A stretch of DNA of 40,000 nucleotides, from assembly GCF_016592595.1 (NCBI RefSeq), contig NZ_AP012977.1:1239912-1279911 (forward strand), read 5' to 3'. Positions within the stretch are counted from its first letter, which is position 1; each line of letters starts with the position of its first letter. The translations under genes were made by a program, and so were the position numbers. Below, one piece after another: positions 26,330 to 37,305 of the stretch. The notes beneath the pieces were generated by a model. It made no database searches and had not been told where the DNA came from. It saw nothing but the letters and a program-made list of their open reading frames with translations. The stretch comes from Abyssogena phaseoliformis symbiont OG214 (GTDB lineage: Bacteria > Pseudomonadota > Gammaproteobacteria > PS1 > Pseudothioglobaceae).

Positions 26330-28252
26330 CTAAGCGACTTGTTCGGTAGAACCTCCACTTAATGGCTTTTCGTCAGAATCTTTATTACCGTTATCCAGTT
26401 CAACACCCGAACCCAACTCGGTAGAGGCAACATCAGAATCAACAATTACGGCTGATTCACGTATTGGTTTCCTGTTCATCAAATCGTCAATTTGCTCTTT
26501 GTCAATGGTTTCAAACTCCATTAAAGCTTTGCTCATTTCAATTAAGATGTCTTTATTGTCTTTTAAAATTTTTGCAGCTATTTGATAATTGCTATCAATA
26601 ATTTTACGAATTTCAACATCAATGGTTTTAAAGGTGTCTTCTGAAATATGCTTATGCTTGGTAACTTGTCGACCTAAAAACACTTCCCCCTCATCTTCGC
26701 CGTACGCTAAAGGTCCTAATGTCTCAGACATACCCCATTGTTTGACCATTTTGTGTGCAATTTCTGTTGCGCGTTCAATATCATTACTCGCACCAGTGGT
26801 GACGCTATCTGCACCGTAAATTAACTCTTCTGCAATGCGCCCACCAAAAAGCGAGGCCACTTGAGAATTTAGCTTGCGCTTAGAAATGCTATAACTGTCT
26901 TTTTCTGGCAAGAACATCGTCACACCTAATGCTCTACCCCTTGGAATGATGCTTACTTTATACACAGGGTCATGCTCAGGCACTAACCGACCTACAATAG
27001 CGTGACCTGCTTCATGATAAGCAGTCATTTCTTTTTCGGCCTCATCCATTGCCATAGATTTGCGTTCAGAGCCCATCATAATTTTATCTTTGGCTTTTTC
27101 AAACTCTTGCATACCAACTAATTTTTTATCCTTACCCGCTGCAATTAACGCAGCCTCATTAGTCAAATTAGCAAGGTCTGCGCCAGAAAACCCTGGTGTG
27201 CCTTTGGCAATATTGATTGATTTAACATTTTTTGCAATAGGTAATTTGCGCATGTGGATTTTTAAAATCGCATCACGGCCATTAATATCAGGCAAACCTA
27301 CCGTAACTTGACGATCAAAACGACCTGGTCTTAATAAAGCAGGATCTAACACATCTGGTCTATTGGTTGCAGCAATGACAATCACACCTTCAGAACCTTC
27401 AAAACCATCCATTTCAACCAACATTTGGTTTAATGTTTGTTCGCGCTCATCATGACCACCACCCATACCAGCACCACGTTGGCGGCCTACAGCATCAATT
27501 TCATCAATAAAAATAATACAGGGTGCGTTTTTCTTTGCTTGTTCAAACATATCACGAACGCGTGACGCTCCAACACCAACAAACATTTCTACAAAATCAG
27601 AGCCTGAAATAAAAAAAAATGGCACATCGGCTTCACCCGCAATCGCTTTAGCTAATAAGGTTTTTCCTGTGCCTGGAGGACCCACCAAAAGCACACCTTT
27701 GGGGATTTTTCCGCCTACTTTAGTGAATTTTCCGGGGTCGGATAAGAAATCTACCAGTTCACTCACATCATCTTTAGCTTCATCAACACCGGCTACATCA
27801 TCAAAAGTAGTATCAGATTCGTCCTTGGTAATTAAGCGTGCTTTGGATTTACCAAAACTCATTGGGTTTTTTCCGCCCATTGCACCGCCAATGCCCTTCA
27901 TGGTGTAAAGAACGACACCAATTAATAATAAAATTGGTGCTAAAGAAATGATTAATTGCTTGAAAAATCCGTCTTTTTCAGGCGGTTTAGCAACCACGTT
28001 AACGCCGTTGTTCAATAAATCGCCCATCAGGCCTAAATCACCTGGGCTATAAGTTGAAAATTGCTCACCACCAGCGCCCACACCAGTAATATTACTACCA
28101 GCAATCGTTACTTTGGATACGTCGCCTTGCTTAATGCTTTGAATAAACTGAGAATAAGTAATATCGTTTTTTTGATCGCCCACTTGGAACTGACTGAAAA
28201 TCGAAGTAAGGACACTACCTAAAACCAACCAAAGTAATAAATTCTTAAACAT
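26330..28252 (-). CDS. ftsH: ATP-dependent zinc metalloprotease FtsH
   Basis: Two N-terminal TM helices, Walker [17 protein letters not shown] region, zinc motif HEAGHA. Confidence 0.97.
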   Translation of the reverse strand: MFKNLLLWLVLGSVLTSIFSQFQVGDQKNDITYSQFIQSIKQGDVSKVTIAGSNITGVGAGGEQFSTYSPGDLGLMGDLLNNGVNVVAKPPEKDGFFKQLIISLAPILLLIGVVLYTMKGIGGAMGGKNPMSFGKSKARLITKDESDTTFDDVAGVDEAKDDVSELVDFLSDPGKFTKVGGKIPKGVLLVGPPGTGKTLLAKAIAGEADVPFFFISGSDFVEMFVGVGASRVRDMFEQAKKNAPCIIFIDEIDAVGRQRGAGMGGGHDEREQTLNQMLVEMDGFEGSEGVIVIAATNRPDVLDPALLRPGRFDRQVTVGLPDINGRDAILKIHMRKLPIAKNVKSINIAKGTPGFSGADLANLTNEAALIAAGKDKKLVGMQEFEKAKDKIMMGSERKSMAMDEAEKEMTAYHEAGHAIVGRLVPEHDPVYKVSIIPRGRALGVTMFLPEKDSYSISKRKLNSQVASLFGGRIAEELIYGADSVTTGASNDIERATEIAHKMVKQWGMSETLGPLAYGEDEGEVFLGRQVTKHKHISEDTFKTIDVEIRKIIDSNYQIAAKILKDNKDILIEMSKALMEFETIDKEQIDDLMNRKPIRESAVIVDSDVASTELGSGVELDNGNKDSDEKPLSGGSTEQVA

Positions 28253-28403
28253 AATGTAAAAAATATTGTAAAAAAAATAAGAGGATGATTATACCCTATT
28301 GCGTACTTGTATATGGTCTGATGGCGTTTTTTAAAGGTTTATCTACAAATGAATTCAAATTCTGTCATAATTCTTATCTTAATTAATAGATACTATTAGA
28401 ATC

Positions 28404-28856
28404 GTGTCAAAAATCAACTTATTAGCCGCTACTATTATCATAACACTCCTTAATTCTTGCGGGTTTCATGCGCCATATAAAAACTCAGCCATGAATGCCT
28501 CTATTGCCAGTAGCCGTCATAATGCTTTTGCTGATGAATTACAAAAGCGTTTTAATCAAGACATGCCTCAAACTCTAGTTGTTCAAGTGGGTGCTGAAAA
28601 TCAAAATCAACGCACGGCTTCATACACCTCAAGCAATGAAGCCAGTAGTTACACACTAAGCCTAAGCGTGCCTATTAAAGTCTTTAATCAGCACAAAAAA
28701 CTATTACTGTCCCAAACTTTCAGTGCTAATACGTACCTGAATAAGATGGGCGCATCCCAAGCAGACAGACTTCAAATTGAAGAGGGTTACCAGCAATTGC
28801 GCCATTTAATAATCAGGCAGCTGTTAAGAAAATTATCCAAACTTAATGAAAATTAA
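28404..28856 (+). CDS. lptE: LPS-assembly lipoprotein LptE (RlpB)
   Basis: GTG start, lipobox LLNSCGFH, 150 aa, immediately upstream of holA as in many Proteobacteria. Confidence 0.75.
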   Translation: MSKINLLAATIIITLLNSCGFHAPYKNSAMNASIASSRHNAFADELQKRFNQDMPQTLVVQVGAENQNQRTASYTSSNEASSYTLSLSVPIKVFNQHKKLLLSQTFSANTYLNKMGASQADRLQIEEGYQQLRHLIIRQLLRKLSKLNEN

Positions 28857-29865
28857 ACCGCAGCAACTCAACACCCAATTAGCCAATAAACTTGATACTA
28901 TTTATTTTGTTTTTGGTGCCGAAATTTTACTCATTGAGCAAAGTCTAACACAAATAAACAAAGCAGCAAAACAAGCTGAGTTTGACGAACAAGTAAGCTT
29001 TGAGATTGATGCTAATTTTGATTGGAATCAAATCTTTGGAGAAATCTCAGCCGCCTCGCTTTTTTCACCAAAACGCATTATTAAATGCCGATTAAAAACA
29101 GGAAAAATTAGCATTAAAGGCGCCAAAGCATTGGCTGAAATTGCCAGCACTCTACCTGATGATATTTTGTTGATTGTTTCCACTGGCAAACTGGACATGG
29201 CACAGCAAAAGAGTAAATGGTTTAAAACACTAGAACAATTTGGCAGTGTTGTCCAATATTTTGAAGTGCAAAGCAATCATTTAGTTGGCTGGATTGCAAA
29301 TCACATGGCAAAATTAGAGCTTGAGGCCAATACAGAAATTGCACAAAGTATTGCTTTTTGCACAGAAGGCAATCTGACCGCCTCTATGCAAGAAATTCAA
29401 AAACTAAAAATGGCCTATCCAAATGGCAAAATCAACACACAAGAATATCTTGAACAAGCCAATCAGCAATCTAAATACACTGTTTATGGCTTAATTGATG
29501 CAGCTTTATTTGGCAATAGCAATCAGGTTAATAAAATTTATCAAACCTTAATCTCTGATATGGCTATGCCAATTCAACTAAGTAGCTCCTTGTACCGAGA
29601 AATTAAATCAGTGATTGAAATGTCAATTGAGCTTAAACAGGTGAAAGATATTAATACAGTCTTACAAAACCATCGAGTTTTGAATAAAAGAAAACCTGTT
29701 ATTACTAATGCACTAAAACGCCATCCTTATCAGCGTTTGCAAAAATTATTATTATCACTAGGTCGTATTGACCGCTCAATCAAAGGCATGGATAATCTTA
29801 ATGTCATTGATGAATTGCACACATTATTACTAAGTTTGGCTGGAAAAACACAATGGGCTCAATAA
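28846..29865 (+). CDS. holA: DNA polymerase III delta subunit
   Basis: 339 aa. N-terminal [15 protein letters not shown]. Conserved lptE-holA synteny. The assignment rests on size, position and general similarity. Confidence 0.8.
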   Translation: MKIKPQQLNTQLANKLDTIYFVFGAEILLIEQSLTQINKAAKQAEFDEQVSFEIDANFDWNQIFGEISAASLFSPKRIIKCRLKTGKISIKGAKALAEIASTLPDDILLIVSTGKLDMAQQKSKWFKTLEQFGSVVQYFEVQSNHLVGWIANHMAKLELEANTEIAQSIAFCTEGNLTASMQEIQKLKMAYPNGKINTQEYLEQANQQSKYTVYGLIDAALFGNSNQVNKIYQTLISDMAMPIQLSSSLYREIKSVIEMSIELKQVKDINTVLQNHRVLNKRKPVITNALKRHPYQRLQKLLLSLGRIDRSIKGMDNLNVIDELHTLLLSLAGKTQWAQ

Positions 29866-31112
29866 AAAATTTAATCACTACACTGGGTGAAAATGCAAAA
29901 AACGCTGCAAAAACACTACGTAGTGCCACAACAGTAGCTAAAAACAGTGCACTAATCAATATTGCCAATCAAATTGACCAAAATAGGACGAACATACTTA
30001 AAGCTAACGAGCAAGACCTTACCAATGGCAAAAATAAAGGGCTGGAAGTGACGCTATTTGATAGGCTCATGCTTGATAATGAGCGTCTTAATGGCATTAT
30101 TGAAAGTCTGAATCAAATTGGCAATCTGCCAGACCCTATTGGTGAAATTACAGACTTAAAATACCAACCAAGTGGTATTCAAGTGGGTAAGATGCGCGTG
30201 CCACTCGGTGTATTGGGGATTATTTATGAATCTCGTCCTAATGTTACTATTGATGCTGCAGCACTTTGTTTAAAATCAGGCAATAGTGTTATTCTACGTG
30301 GTGGGTCAGAAGCCATACATTCTAATCATGCGCTTTATGCCTGTGTCAAGCAAGGCATAACACAAGCAGGCCTTAATGAAAATTGCGCACAACTCATTGA
30401 CACTCAAGATCGTGAAGCTGTGATTGAGCTGGTTAAAGCAAGTGATTATATTGATGCTATTATTCCTAGAGGCGGTAAAGGCTTGGTTGAAGCTATTAGT
30501 AACAGCGCCAAAGTGCCTGTTATCAAACATTTAGATGGCATTTGCCACACTTACATTGATAAAGATGCCGATACACAGAAAGCCATCAGCATTGCCTTTA
30601 ATGCCAAAACGCGCCGTTATGGTGTGTGTAATGCCACTGAAACCTTGCTAGTTCACAGATCGGTAGTAGGTAGAATATTACCCGAACTGATCGAGCAATA
30701 CTTAGTAAAAGGAGTGGAATTACGCGGTTGTGAAGAGACTATAAAGCTGTCAAATAAAATCATTGCAGCCACCGAAAAAGACTGGAATACAGAATATTTA
30801 GATGCAATTTTATCCATTCGGGTTGTTAACTCAATGAGTGATGCCATTAAACATATTGATAAATATAGTTCAGGTCACACTGAATCAATCGTGAGTGAAA
30901 ACTACACTCGTTCACGCCGTTTTATTACCGAAGTAGATTCTGCCTCAGTCATGATTAATGCCTCCACTGGCTTTGCCGATGGCTTTGAATATGGCTTGGG
31001 TGCAGAAATCGGTATCAGTACTGACAAATTCCACGTGCGTGGCCCTGTTGGCTTGGAAGGATTAACCTCACAAAAATTTATCGTCCTAGGTGACGGACAC
31101 ATCAGACAATAA
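29853..31112 (+). CDS. proA: Glutamate-5-semialdehyde dehydrogenase (gamma-glutamyl phosphate reductase)
   Basis: 419 aa. [32 protein letters not shown] (catalytic Cys), [23 protein letters not shown]. Confidence 0.95.
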   Translation: MGSIKNLITTLGENAKNAAKTLRSATTVAKNSALINIANQIDQNRTNILKANEQDLTNGKNKGLEVTLFDRLMLDNERLNGIIESLNQIGNLPDPIGEITDLKYQPSGIQVGKMRVPLGVLGIIYESRPNVTIDAAALCLKSGNSVILRGGSEAIHSNHALYACVKQGITQAGLNENCAQLIDTQDREAVIELVKASDYIDAIIPRGGKGLVEAISNSAKVPVIKHLDGICHTYIDKDADTQKAISIAFNAKTRRYGVCNATETLLVHRSVVGRILPELIEQYLVKGVELRGCEETIKLSNKIIAATEKDWNTEYLDAILSIRVVNSMSDAIKHIDKYSSGHTESIVSENYTRSRRFITEVDSASVMINASTGFADGFEYGLGAEIGISTDKFHVRGPVGLEGLTSQKFIVLGDGHIRQ

Positions 31113-31118
31113 AAAAAC

Positions 31119-32303
31119 ATGGACATAGAACAAGCACTGGCTATTTTTGTGCATGGCGCTGATGAGATATTGCCACTTGATGAACTCAAGGAAAAACTTA
31201 AAAAAGACAAACCACTACGCATCAAAGCAGGTTTTGATCCAACCGCGCCTGATTTACATTTAGGGCACACGGTTTTAATCAATAAACTCAAGCAATTACA
31301 AGGTTTGGGGCATGAAATATTGTTTTTAATTGGTGATTTCACCGCCATGATTGGCGACCCAACAGGCAAGAATAAAACTCGCCCTCCACTCTCACGACAA
31401 CAAGTTCAAGAAAACGCCAAAAGCTACACCAAACAAGTATTCAAAATCTTGGATAAAGACAAAACCACGGTCGTATTTAACTCGCAGTGGATGGACAAAA
31501 TGACATCAATGGCATTTATCCAACTCGCTAGTAAACAAACGGTTGCTAGAATGTTAGAACGCGATGATTTTTCCAAACGCTACAAATCAGGGCAAGCTAT
31601 TTCTACCCACGAATTCTTATACCCTTTGGTTCAAGGCAATGATTCTGTTGAACTAAAAAGCGATGTAGAAATCGGTGGCACGGATCAAAAATTTAACTTA
31701 TTAGTGGGCAGGGAACTACAAAAACAAGCAGGACAAGAGCAACAAGTTATTCTCACCATGCCGATTTTAGAAGGCTTGGACGGTGCGCAAAAAATGTCAA
31801 AATCCTTAGACAACTACATCGGTATTGATGATGCGCCTGATAAGATGTTTGGCAAAATTATGTCAATTTCTGATGAATTAATGTGGCGTTATTTTGAGTT
31901 GTTAAGTTTCCAAAGTTTAGAGGCCATTGCTGATTTAAAACAAGCAATGGCGCAAGGTAAAAATCCAAGAGATATTAAATTTATCCTGGCTGATGAGATC
32001 ATCACCCGCTTTCATAATATTAGTGCTGCCGAACAAGCGCAGCAAAATTTTATTGATCGCTTTAGTAAAAATAAAATGCCTGATGAAATGGGTGAATTCA
32101 GCTTTAAAGTTGGCATAAAAATTGCCAATTTACTTAAAGATGTTGGACTTTGTCCCAGTACCTCAAACGCCTACCAAATGATTAAACAAGGTGGCGCTAA
32201 AATCAATGGCGAAAAAATCATAGACAAAAACCTTGAGCCAGAAACTGGCACAAACGTTTATCAAGTAGGCAAACACAAATTCGTAAGAGTGACAATTCAA
32301 TAA
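31119..32303 (+). CDS. tyrS: Tyrosine--tRNA ligase (type 2)
   Basis: [13 protein letters not shown] (HIGH) and KMSKS motifs, C-terminal S4-like domain. Confidence 0.95.
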   Translation: MDIEQALAIFVHGADEILPLDELKEKLKKDKPLRIKAGFDPTAPDLHLGHTVLINKLKQLQGLGHEILFLIGDFTAMIGDPTGKNKTRPPLSRQQVQENAKSYTKQVFKILDKDKTTVVFNSQWMDKMTSMAFIQLASKQTVARMLERDDFSKRYKSGQAISTHEFLYPLVQGNDSVELKSDVEIGGTDQKFNLLVGRELQKQAGQEQQVILTMPILEGLDGAQKMSKSLDNYIGIDDAPDKMFGKIMSISDELMWRYFELLSFQSLEAIADLKQAMAQGKNPRDIKFILADEIITRFHNISAAEQAQQNFIDRFSKNKMPDEMGEFSFKVGIKIANLLKDVGLCPSTSNAYQMIKQGGAKINGEKIIDKNLEPETGTNVYQVGKHKFVRVTIQ

Positions 32304-32317
32304 AAAAGTGTTATAAT
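32289..32317 (+). promoter_or_regulatory. Putative ssrA promoter embedded in the tyrS 3' end
   Basis: GTGACA (32289-32294), 17-nt spacer, TATAAT (32312-32317), 7 nt upstream of the tmRNA 5' GGGG. Confidence 0.55.
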
Positions 32318-32324
32318 GACCCTG

Positions 32325-32671
32325 GGGGATGACATGGCTTCGACGAGGAGTTGGATCTCAAGAACGCATGCCGAGGATAAAGACAACTCGTAAAATACGC
32401 TTTAAAAAGATAGTTGCAAACGAAAACAACTACGCTCTAGCTGCATAGCTAGCCGTTGCTTAGAGGGTGTCTGTACTTTTAGGATGACGGTCGCTTACAG
32501 ACTCGCTAGAATTATTTTTTCCACGTAATTCGGTTAAAACTTGTTGGAAATCGCTACTTACGTCCCTGATGGTCGGGTGGTAGGCGGCTAACTAAAATAG
32601 ACCAAGCTAAGCATGTAGACTTCTTGTTTGAAAGTTTTCGGACGCGGGTTCAATTCCCGCCATCTCCACCA
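32325..32671 (+). ncRNA. ssrA: tmRNA (SsrA), tag peptide ANENNYALAA
   Basis: 5' GGGGATGACATGGCTTCGACG pairs with 3' ...CATCTCCACCA. T-arm GGGTTCAATTCCC. Tag reading frame GCA AAC GAA AAC AAC TAC GCT CTA GCT GCA TAG at 32416-32448. Confidence 0.95.
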
Positions 32672-32676
32672 AATTA

Positions 32677-32695
32677 AGCCATTATTGGCTATTTC
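32677..32695 (+). terminator. Weak hairpin after ssrA
   Basis: AGCCA-TTAT-TGGCT (32677-32690) followed by ATTTCT. The stem is short. Confidence 0.25.
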
Positions 32696-32708
32696 TAAAA
32701 CACGTCAA

Positions 32709-32954
32709 TTAATCGTTAATCGAATAACAAGCCACACCGCCCTTTTGTGAGCCTGCTGCAAATAGGCAACGCGTATTGGGATTATCAGCAGGTGTCCATT
32801 CGTATACTCGAACATTCCAGCCTGGTGTTTCAATTAAATATTCTGAGGTTGGCGTGACTGTTTTAACGCCCATTGTAGTTATTTTTTCCCACAACCCAGC
32901 ATGAGCTGGGGTTAAAAGTAGTATGACAATAAATGCGATTAACTTAATTCTCAT
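32709..32954 (-). CDS. Small secreted hypothetical protein (81 aa, two Cys)
   Basis: Signal peptide [19 protein letters not shown]. Mature part GLWEKITT...[37 protein letters not shown]. The ATG overlaps the rhlE stop (ATGA). Confidence 0.55.
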   Translation of the reverse strand: MRIKLIAFIVILLLTPAHAGLWEKITTMGVKTVTPTSEYLIETPGWNVRVYEWTPADNPNTRCLFAAGSQKGGVACYSIND

Positions 32955-34234
32955 GTTGTTTTCCTTGTAGATTTTTTATTGTTTGATTTGTTTTCTTGAG
33001 AAAAGCTATTTTTGTTGTATCTAGGCTTATTACGACTCTTATTTTTTTTTGGTTTTTTAGTTTTTGGCGGTAAGGTTTTTTTGCCCGATTTTGGCAAATT
33101 GTGTTCTGGTACAAATCCTTCTACCATTACGCGATCTAATTTATTTTGAATGAGGTGTTCAATATCAAATAATTGCTTAGCTTCATCAGCACTAACTAAT
33201 GAAATCGCCTCGCCTTTTGAACCAGCACGACCCGTACGACCAATACGATGCACATAATCTTCTGGTACATGTGGCAGGTCAAAGTTAACGACATGTGGCA
33301 ATTGATCAATATCAATACCCCTTGCTGCAATATCAGTTGCCACTAACACATTCACCTTGGCATTTTTAAAATCTGCCAAAGCTCTTGTGCGAGCGCCTTG
33401 GCTTTTGTTGCTATGAATAGCAGTTGCACTAATTTTTTTCTTTTCTAATTGAGTGGCAATGCGATTTGCACCGTGCTTAGTACGACTAAATACCAGCACC
33501 TGGTACCAGCTATGTTCTTGAATAAGGTGTGTGAGTAGTGCTTGTTTTTTGGATTTATCAACAGGATGAATCCACTGCTTTACCGCTTTAACGGTGGAAT
33601 TTCTCGGGGTAACTGATATTTCCACAGGATTATTAACCAGACTCTTTGCCAGTGTTCGAATGTCATTAGAAAAAGTGGCTGAAAACATGAGTGTTTGTTT
33701 TTTTGGTGGTAGAATCTTTAGAATTCGCTTAATATCATAAATAAACCCCATGTCTAGCATTCTATCTGCTTCATCAAATACAACGATTTCTAGCGTGTCA
33801 AATTTCACTGTATTTTGAGAATATAAATCCAACAACCGCCCTGGCGTGGCGACTAAGATATCAACGCCACCACGCAACTTTCGCATTTGTGGATTAATCT
33901 TTACACCACCAAACACCACACTTGATTTAAGCGGTAAATGCTTGCCATAAGTCGTTACACTATCGCTGACTTGTGCGGCTAATTCACGCGTGGGGGTTAG
34001 AATTAGTGTACGAACCTGATTGGATTTTGTGGGGCTACCTTTTGATAATATTTCAAGAATAGGTAGAGTGAATCCTGCTGTTTTTCCCGTGCCGGTTTGA
34101 GCGGCGGCCATAACATCTTTGCCTTTTAAAATAGCTGGAATAGCTTGAACTTGTATTGGTGATGGCTCGCTGTATCCTTGCTGCTCGATGGCTTTAAGAA
34201 TTAAATCAGACAAGCCTAATTTTGAAAAACCCAT
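32951..34234 (-). CDS. rhlE: DEAD-box ATP-dependent RNA helicase (RhlE-like)
   Basis: Q-motif, [16 protein letters not shown] and [10 protein letters not shown] motifs. Basic Lys/Asn-rich C-terminal tail. Confidence 0.93.
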   Translation of the reverse strand: MGFSKLGLSDLILKAIEQQGYSEPSPIQVQAIPAILKGKDVMAAAQTGTGKTAGFTLPILEILSKGSPTKSNQVRTLILTPTRELAAQVSDSVTTYGKHLPLKSSVVFGGVKINPQMRKLRGGVDILVATPGRLLDLYSQNTVKFDTLEIVVFDEADRMLDMGFIYDIKRILKILPPKKQTLMFSATFSNDIRTLAKSLVNNPVEISVTPRNSTVKAVKQWIHPVDKSKKQALLTHLIQEHSWYQVLVFSRTKHGANRIATQLEKKKISATAIHSNKSQGARTRALADFKNAKVNVLVATDIAARGIDIDQLPHVVNFDLPHVPEDYVHRIGRTGRAGSKGEAISLVSADEAKQLFDIEHLIQNKLDRVMVEGFVPEHNLPKSGKKTLPPKTKKPKKNKSRNKPRYNKNSFSQENKSNNKKSTRKTT

Positions 34235-34380
34235 ATTAGAGAATATTTTAAATAAAGACAGGCATTTTACATTAGCATCCTATAATGGATATATAAATAA
34301 ATATCAGACTGTTAAAAGTCCATCTGAGGTGCTGTATATTGTCAGCCCCCTTATAAAGGATCTTAAAGAGCGAAATATCG

Positions 34381-34565
34381 ATGAATAAATGCCAACAACA
34401 AAGCGTCCAATACCCTTATTGTGGCGAGTTAATTGAACTGAACATTGATTGTTCGGCACCTAATCAAAGCTTCACCACATAGAAGATTGTTCAGTTTGTT
34501 GTCATCCAATTAATATAGACTTTGATCAACAAGTACATTTACAAGTGACCCATGAAAATGAATAA
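34381..34565 (+). pseudogene. CPXCG-motif cysteine-rich small protein, frameshifted
   Basis: MNKCQQQSVQYPYCGELIELNIDCSAPNQSFTT then stop. The other frame continues IEDCSVCCHPINIDFDQQVHLQVTHENE to TAA 34563-34565. The first Cys of the CPxCG motif reads Tyr (TAC). Confidence 0.55.
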
Positions 34566-34578
34566 GCTTTAAAAGTTT

Positions 34579-34812
34579 TTAGGTGTCTTCTTCTGGCGTA
34601 CGTGTTTTGATACTGAGTGCATGAAGTGTACCATTGGTAATTTCTTCATTCATAACAGCAAGTACCATTTTTTGCCTAGCCAATAGTGACATACCCTCAA
34701 AAATTGGCGACACTACTTTTGTTGAACAACTACAACCATCACCCTCCATAGTAACTGTTGAATTTTCTATTCCTGCTTGAATTTTTGCTTGAATTTCTTC
34801 TAATATCATCAC
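34579..34812 (-). CDS. BolA/IbaG-family protein
   Basis: 77 aa. ...VVSPIFEGMSLLARQKMVLAVMNEEITNGTLHALSIKTRTPEE matches the BolA fold signature (F.G...L.R...V......I....HAL...T.TP.E). Confidence 0.8.
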   Translation of the reverse strand: MMILEEIQAKIQAGIENSTVTMEGDGCSCSTKVVSPIFEGMSLLARQKMVLAVMNEEITNGTLHALSIKTRTPEEDT

Positions 34813-36093
34813 CTATACTCCAAACGTGCCTTTAAGTGCAAAGAAAAATAAAATAGACATGATTGCACCTGCGGGTAAAGTAATTAACCAAGATAAGAAA
34901 ATTGTATTAATAACCCGCATGTTAAGTGCTGCCACACCTCTAGCAATACCAACACCCAATACTGCCCCTACCAAAACCTGCGTGGTTGACACAGGAATGC
35001 CTGTTGATGAAGCCAAAACTACCGTTGTTGCAGCAGCCAATTCAGCGGCAAAGCCACGAGAAGGGGTAAGTTCTGTAATGCCTTTACCAATGGTTTTCAT
35101 CACTTTAAATCCATAAGTCACCAAACCAAATACAATACCACCACCACCAACCAGCAAAACCCACGAAGGTACGGCACTTTTTGAAGCAATATCGCCACCA
35201 ACTTCCACAATACTATAGACCGCAGCCAGCGGGCCAATGGCATTAGCAACATCGTTAGAGCCATGTGCAAATGCCATGGCAGATGCGGTAATTACCATAA
35301 GCACAGCAAAAAGCTTTTCCATATTGGCGTAATGGAAATCTTTGTCGTCCTTAGGGTCTATCTTGATACGCCTCATAATAAACGCAGCAATCACAGCTGC
35401 CAAGATACCAACTGCAACTGCAATCATCACACTTAAGGAGGCATCTTTAGAGATATATTTTAAAGCCTCGACATGTTTGAGGCCTTTAAATAGCGTGACC
35501 AATGCAATGATAAAACCAACAAAAAATACATAAAATGGTAAGTATTTTTTAGCATTGGCTAGTGGGTCTTTGGTGTCAATCACCAAGGATTGTAAACTTT
35601 TAAAGATAATAACAGCGAGCGTACCGGCAAGCACTGGGGATGCCACCCAACTCATCACAATTTTAATCACTTTATCCCAAGCAACTGCATCAACGCCTAC
35701 GCCTACTGCACCAAAACCAACAATAGCACCAACAATTGAATGTGTCGTAGAAACTGGCCAGCCTAAAGATGAGGCAATCAACAACCATGTGCCTGCCGCT
35801 AAAAGCGAAGCAAGCATGCCATATACTAATAAGTGCGGGCTATCGGTGAATAATGTTGTATCTAAAATGCCTTTACGAATAGTGGCGGTCACCTCTCCAC
35901 CCGCAAGAATTGCACCTGCAAATTCAAAAATAATTGCAATAACAACTGCTTGCCTAAAGGTAATAGCGCCAGAACCCACCGAAGTTCCCATGGCATTAGC
36001 AACATCGTTAGCACCAATACCCCAAGCCATAAATAACCCAAATCCAATCGCCAACATAATAAAAATATCAGCATAATTTGCAATAATATCCAT
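34813..36093 (-). CDS. Inorganic phosphate transporter, PiT family
   Basis: 426 aa with the duplicated GANDVANAMGT / GSNDVANAIGP signature. Confidence 0.93.
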   Translation of the reverse strand: MDIIANYADIFIMLAIGFGLFMAWGIGANDVANAMGTSVGSGAITFRQAVVIAIIFEFAGAILAGGEVTATIRKGILDTTLFTDSPHLLVYGMLASLLAAGTWLLIASSLGWPVSTTHSIVGAIVGFGAVGVGVDAVAWDKVIKIVMSWVASPVLAGTLAVIIFKSLQSLVIDTKDPLANAKKYLPFYVFFVGFIIALVTLFKGLKHVEALKYISKDASLSVMIAVAVGILAAVIAAFIMRRIKIDPKDDKDFHYANMEKLFAVLMVITASAMAFAHGSNDVANAIGPLAAVYSIVEVGGDIASKSAVPSWVLLVGGGGIVFGLVTYGFKVMKTIGKGITELTPSRGFAAELAAATTVVLASSTGIPVSTTQVLVGAVLGVGIARGVAALNMRVINTIFLSWLITLPAGAIMSILFFFALKGTFGV

Positions 36094-36103
36094 GACAGTC
36101 TCC

Positions 36104-36781
36104 TTATCTTGCTAGTAGTACTTCTAGTCTTGAACCAACTTTTTGCGCAGCATCTGCAAGCTCACCCAACCATTCCACAGCACGATAATAAAACATAACA
36201 TCAACAGGTGGTAAACTAGACTCTAGTGGAAATAATTTAGCACGAATTTCATGCTGAATTTTGTCAGATTTACTTTCAAGCTCATTCACATCCTTAATAA
36301 TAGAACCAACAACTTTACGCTCACGACTACCAAATGCAGTTTCTAGCAACTCATCCAACTCATTAACGGCTTTAAGCGCCATGGATGATGTTTTGATACA
36401 AACCTTAGTCAGTTCTATAACATCATCAAAAATCTCATCTGGCAAAGCCATCTTACGATTAATCATCAAACCCGAAACATCCTTAGTAATGTTGGCAATA
36501 GAGTCTTGAACCAGCAATAAATCAAGCAAGTCTCTACGTGAAAAAGGCATCATAAATGTTGAAGGCAAACTCAAACGCAACTTCTTTTTAAGAATGTCTG
36601 CCTCGCCTTCTTTGGTACCGATATCGCTTCTAATTTCTTCAGCTTGCACCCAATCTTGAGCATGGATGGCGACCATAAAACCGTTGAGCTCTGAAATGCA
36701 TGAGTGCACTTGTGTCATATGTTTTTGTAATGGACTAATGGGTGATTTACCAAATAGGCCGTCAATTATATTTTTAGCCAT
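36104..36781 (-). CDS. DUF47 / TIGR00153 PhoU-like protein (PiT accessory)
   Basis: 225 aa helical protein directly upstream of the PiT gene, the usual pairing (KSPISPLQKHM...EGEADILKKKLR...). Confidence 0.8.
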   Translation of the reverse strand: MAKNIIDGLFGKSPISPLQKHMTQVHSCISELNGFMVAIHAQDWVQAEEIRSDIGTKEGEADILKKKLRLSLPSTFMMPFSRRDLLDLLLVQDSIANITKDVSGLMINRKMALPDEIFDDVIELTKVCIKTSSMALKAVNELDELLETAFGSRERKVVGSIIKDVNELESKSDKIQHEIRAKLFPLESSLPPVDVMFYYRAVEWLGELADAAQKVGSRLEVLLAR

Positions 36782-36827
36782 TTTATTTACCTTATTTTTT
36801 TTAATATCTTTAAATGCAAATTTTCTA

Positions 36828-37025
36828 TCAAAAAGATGAGTTGTTAACCTTATTTTTCATATTTTTTTTAAGTTCTAAGTTTGTCTGCTCTTCGTCAAAT
36901 AAAATGCGCCACCCCTCTCCTTCTAAATCGTCAAATTGACCATTTTTAATGCTTATCATTAAAAGAATAACAAGAACAACGCCAACAAAAATCATACTGG
37001 GAATTAGCCAATAAATTACATCCAT
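36828..37025 (-). CDS. ccoS: cbb3-type cytochrome oxidase maturation protein CcoS/FixS
   Basis: MDVIYWLIPSMIFVGVVLVILLMISIKNGQFDDLEGEGWRILFDEE. Start taken at this Met rather than the ORF start at 37055. Confidence 0.8.
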   Translation of the reverse strand: MDVIYWLIPSMIFVGVVLVILLMISIKNGQFDDLEGEGWRILFDEEQTNLELKKNMKNKVNNSSF

Positions 37026-37207
37026 TTTTCTTCCTTTTTTACTAAAAAACAACATTAATGTCTTTTATTTTTTTAACCATTAGTAAGAATTTTGCATTAA
37101 TTTTCTCATAATTAACAAAAATGTATCAAATCTTACTCATTTAAATTGCACAAAATGTCTATATAAATTTTACAAAACTAACTCAAATACATTCAAATAA
37201 CAAATAC

Positions 37208-37238
37208 AAAAGTGACAAAAGTGACAAAAGTGACAAAA
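37208..37238 (+). repeat. Tandem 9-bp repeat (AAAGTGACA x3 plus a partial unit) upstream of accA
   Basis: aaagtgaca aaagtgaca aaagtgaca aaag at 37208-37238. A TATAAT lies at 37263-37268, and accA starts at 37306. Confidence 0.9.
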
Positions 37239-37305
37239 GCTAAAAATACCAGTGTTTCTGCTATAATTCTAAACATTGATATATGAACGAATTTTAAACC
37301 AGAGT

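Noticed and set aside
30902-31369. 155-aa minus-strand ORF spanning the proA/tyrS junction
   Set aside because: It is antisense to two well-supported genes. It is Ser/Pro/Cys-rich with no recognisable domain, a typical shadow ORF.
34188-34388. 66-aa plus-strand ORF upstream of and overlapping the rhlE start
   Set aside because: It overlaps the rhlE 5' end antisense and otherwise runs through AT-rich promoter DNA. It has no motif, and its 3' end merely abuts the CPXCG remnant.
35555-36076. 173-aa plus-strand ORF (and 34826-35116, 35342-35533) inside the PiT transporter gene
   Set aside because: It is antisense to a strongly supported membrane-protein gene. The translations are low-complexity (Ala/Thr/Pro/Ile-rich) mirror images of TM segments, with no start context or motif.
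37208-37238. Tandem repeat considered as a CRISPR array or minisatellite
   Set aside because: The units are 9 bp with no spacers and only about 3.5 copies, so it is not CRISPR. No CRISPR-like repeat-spacer structure was seen anywhere in the window.
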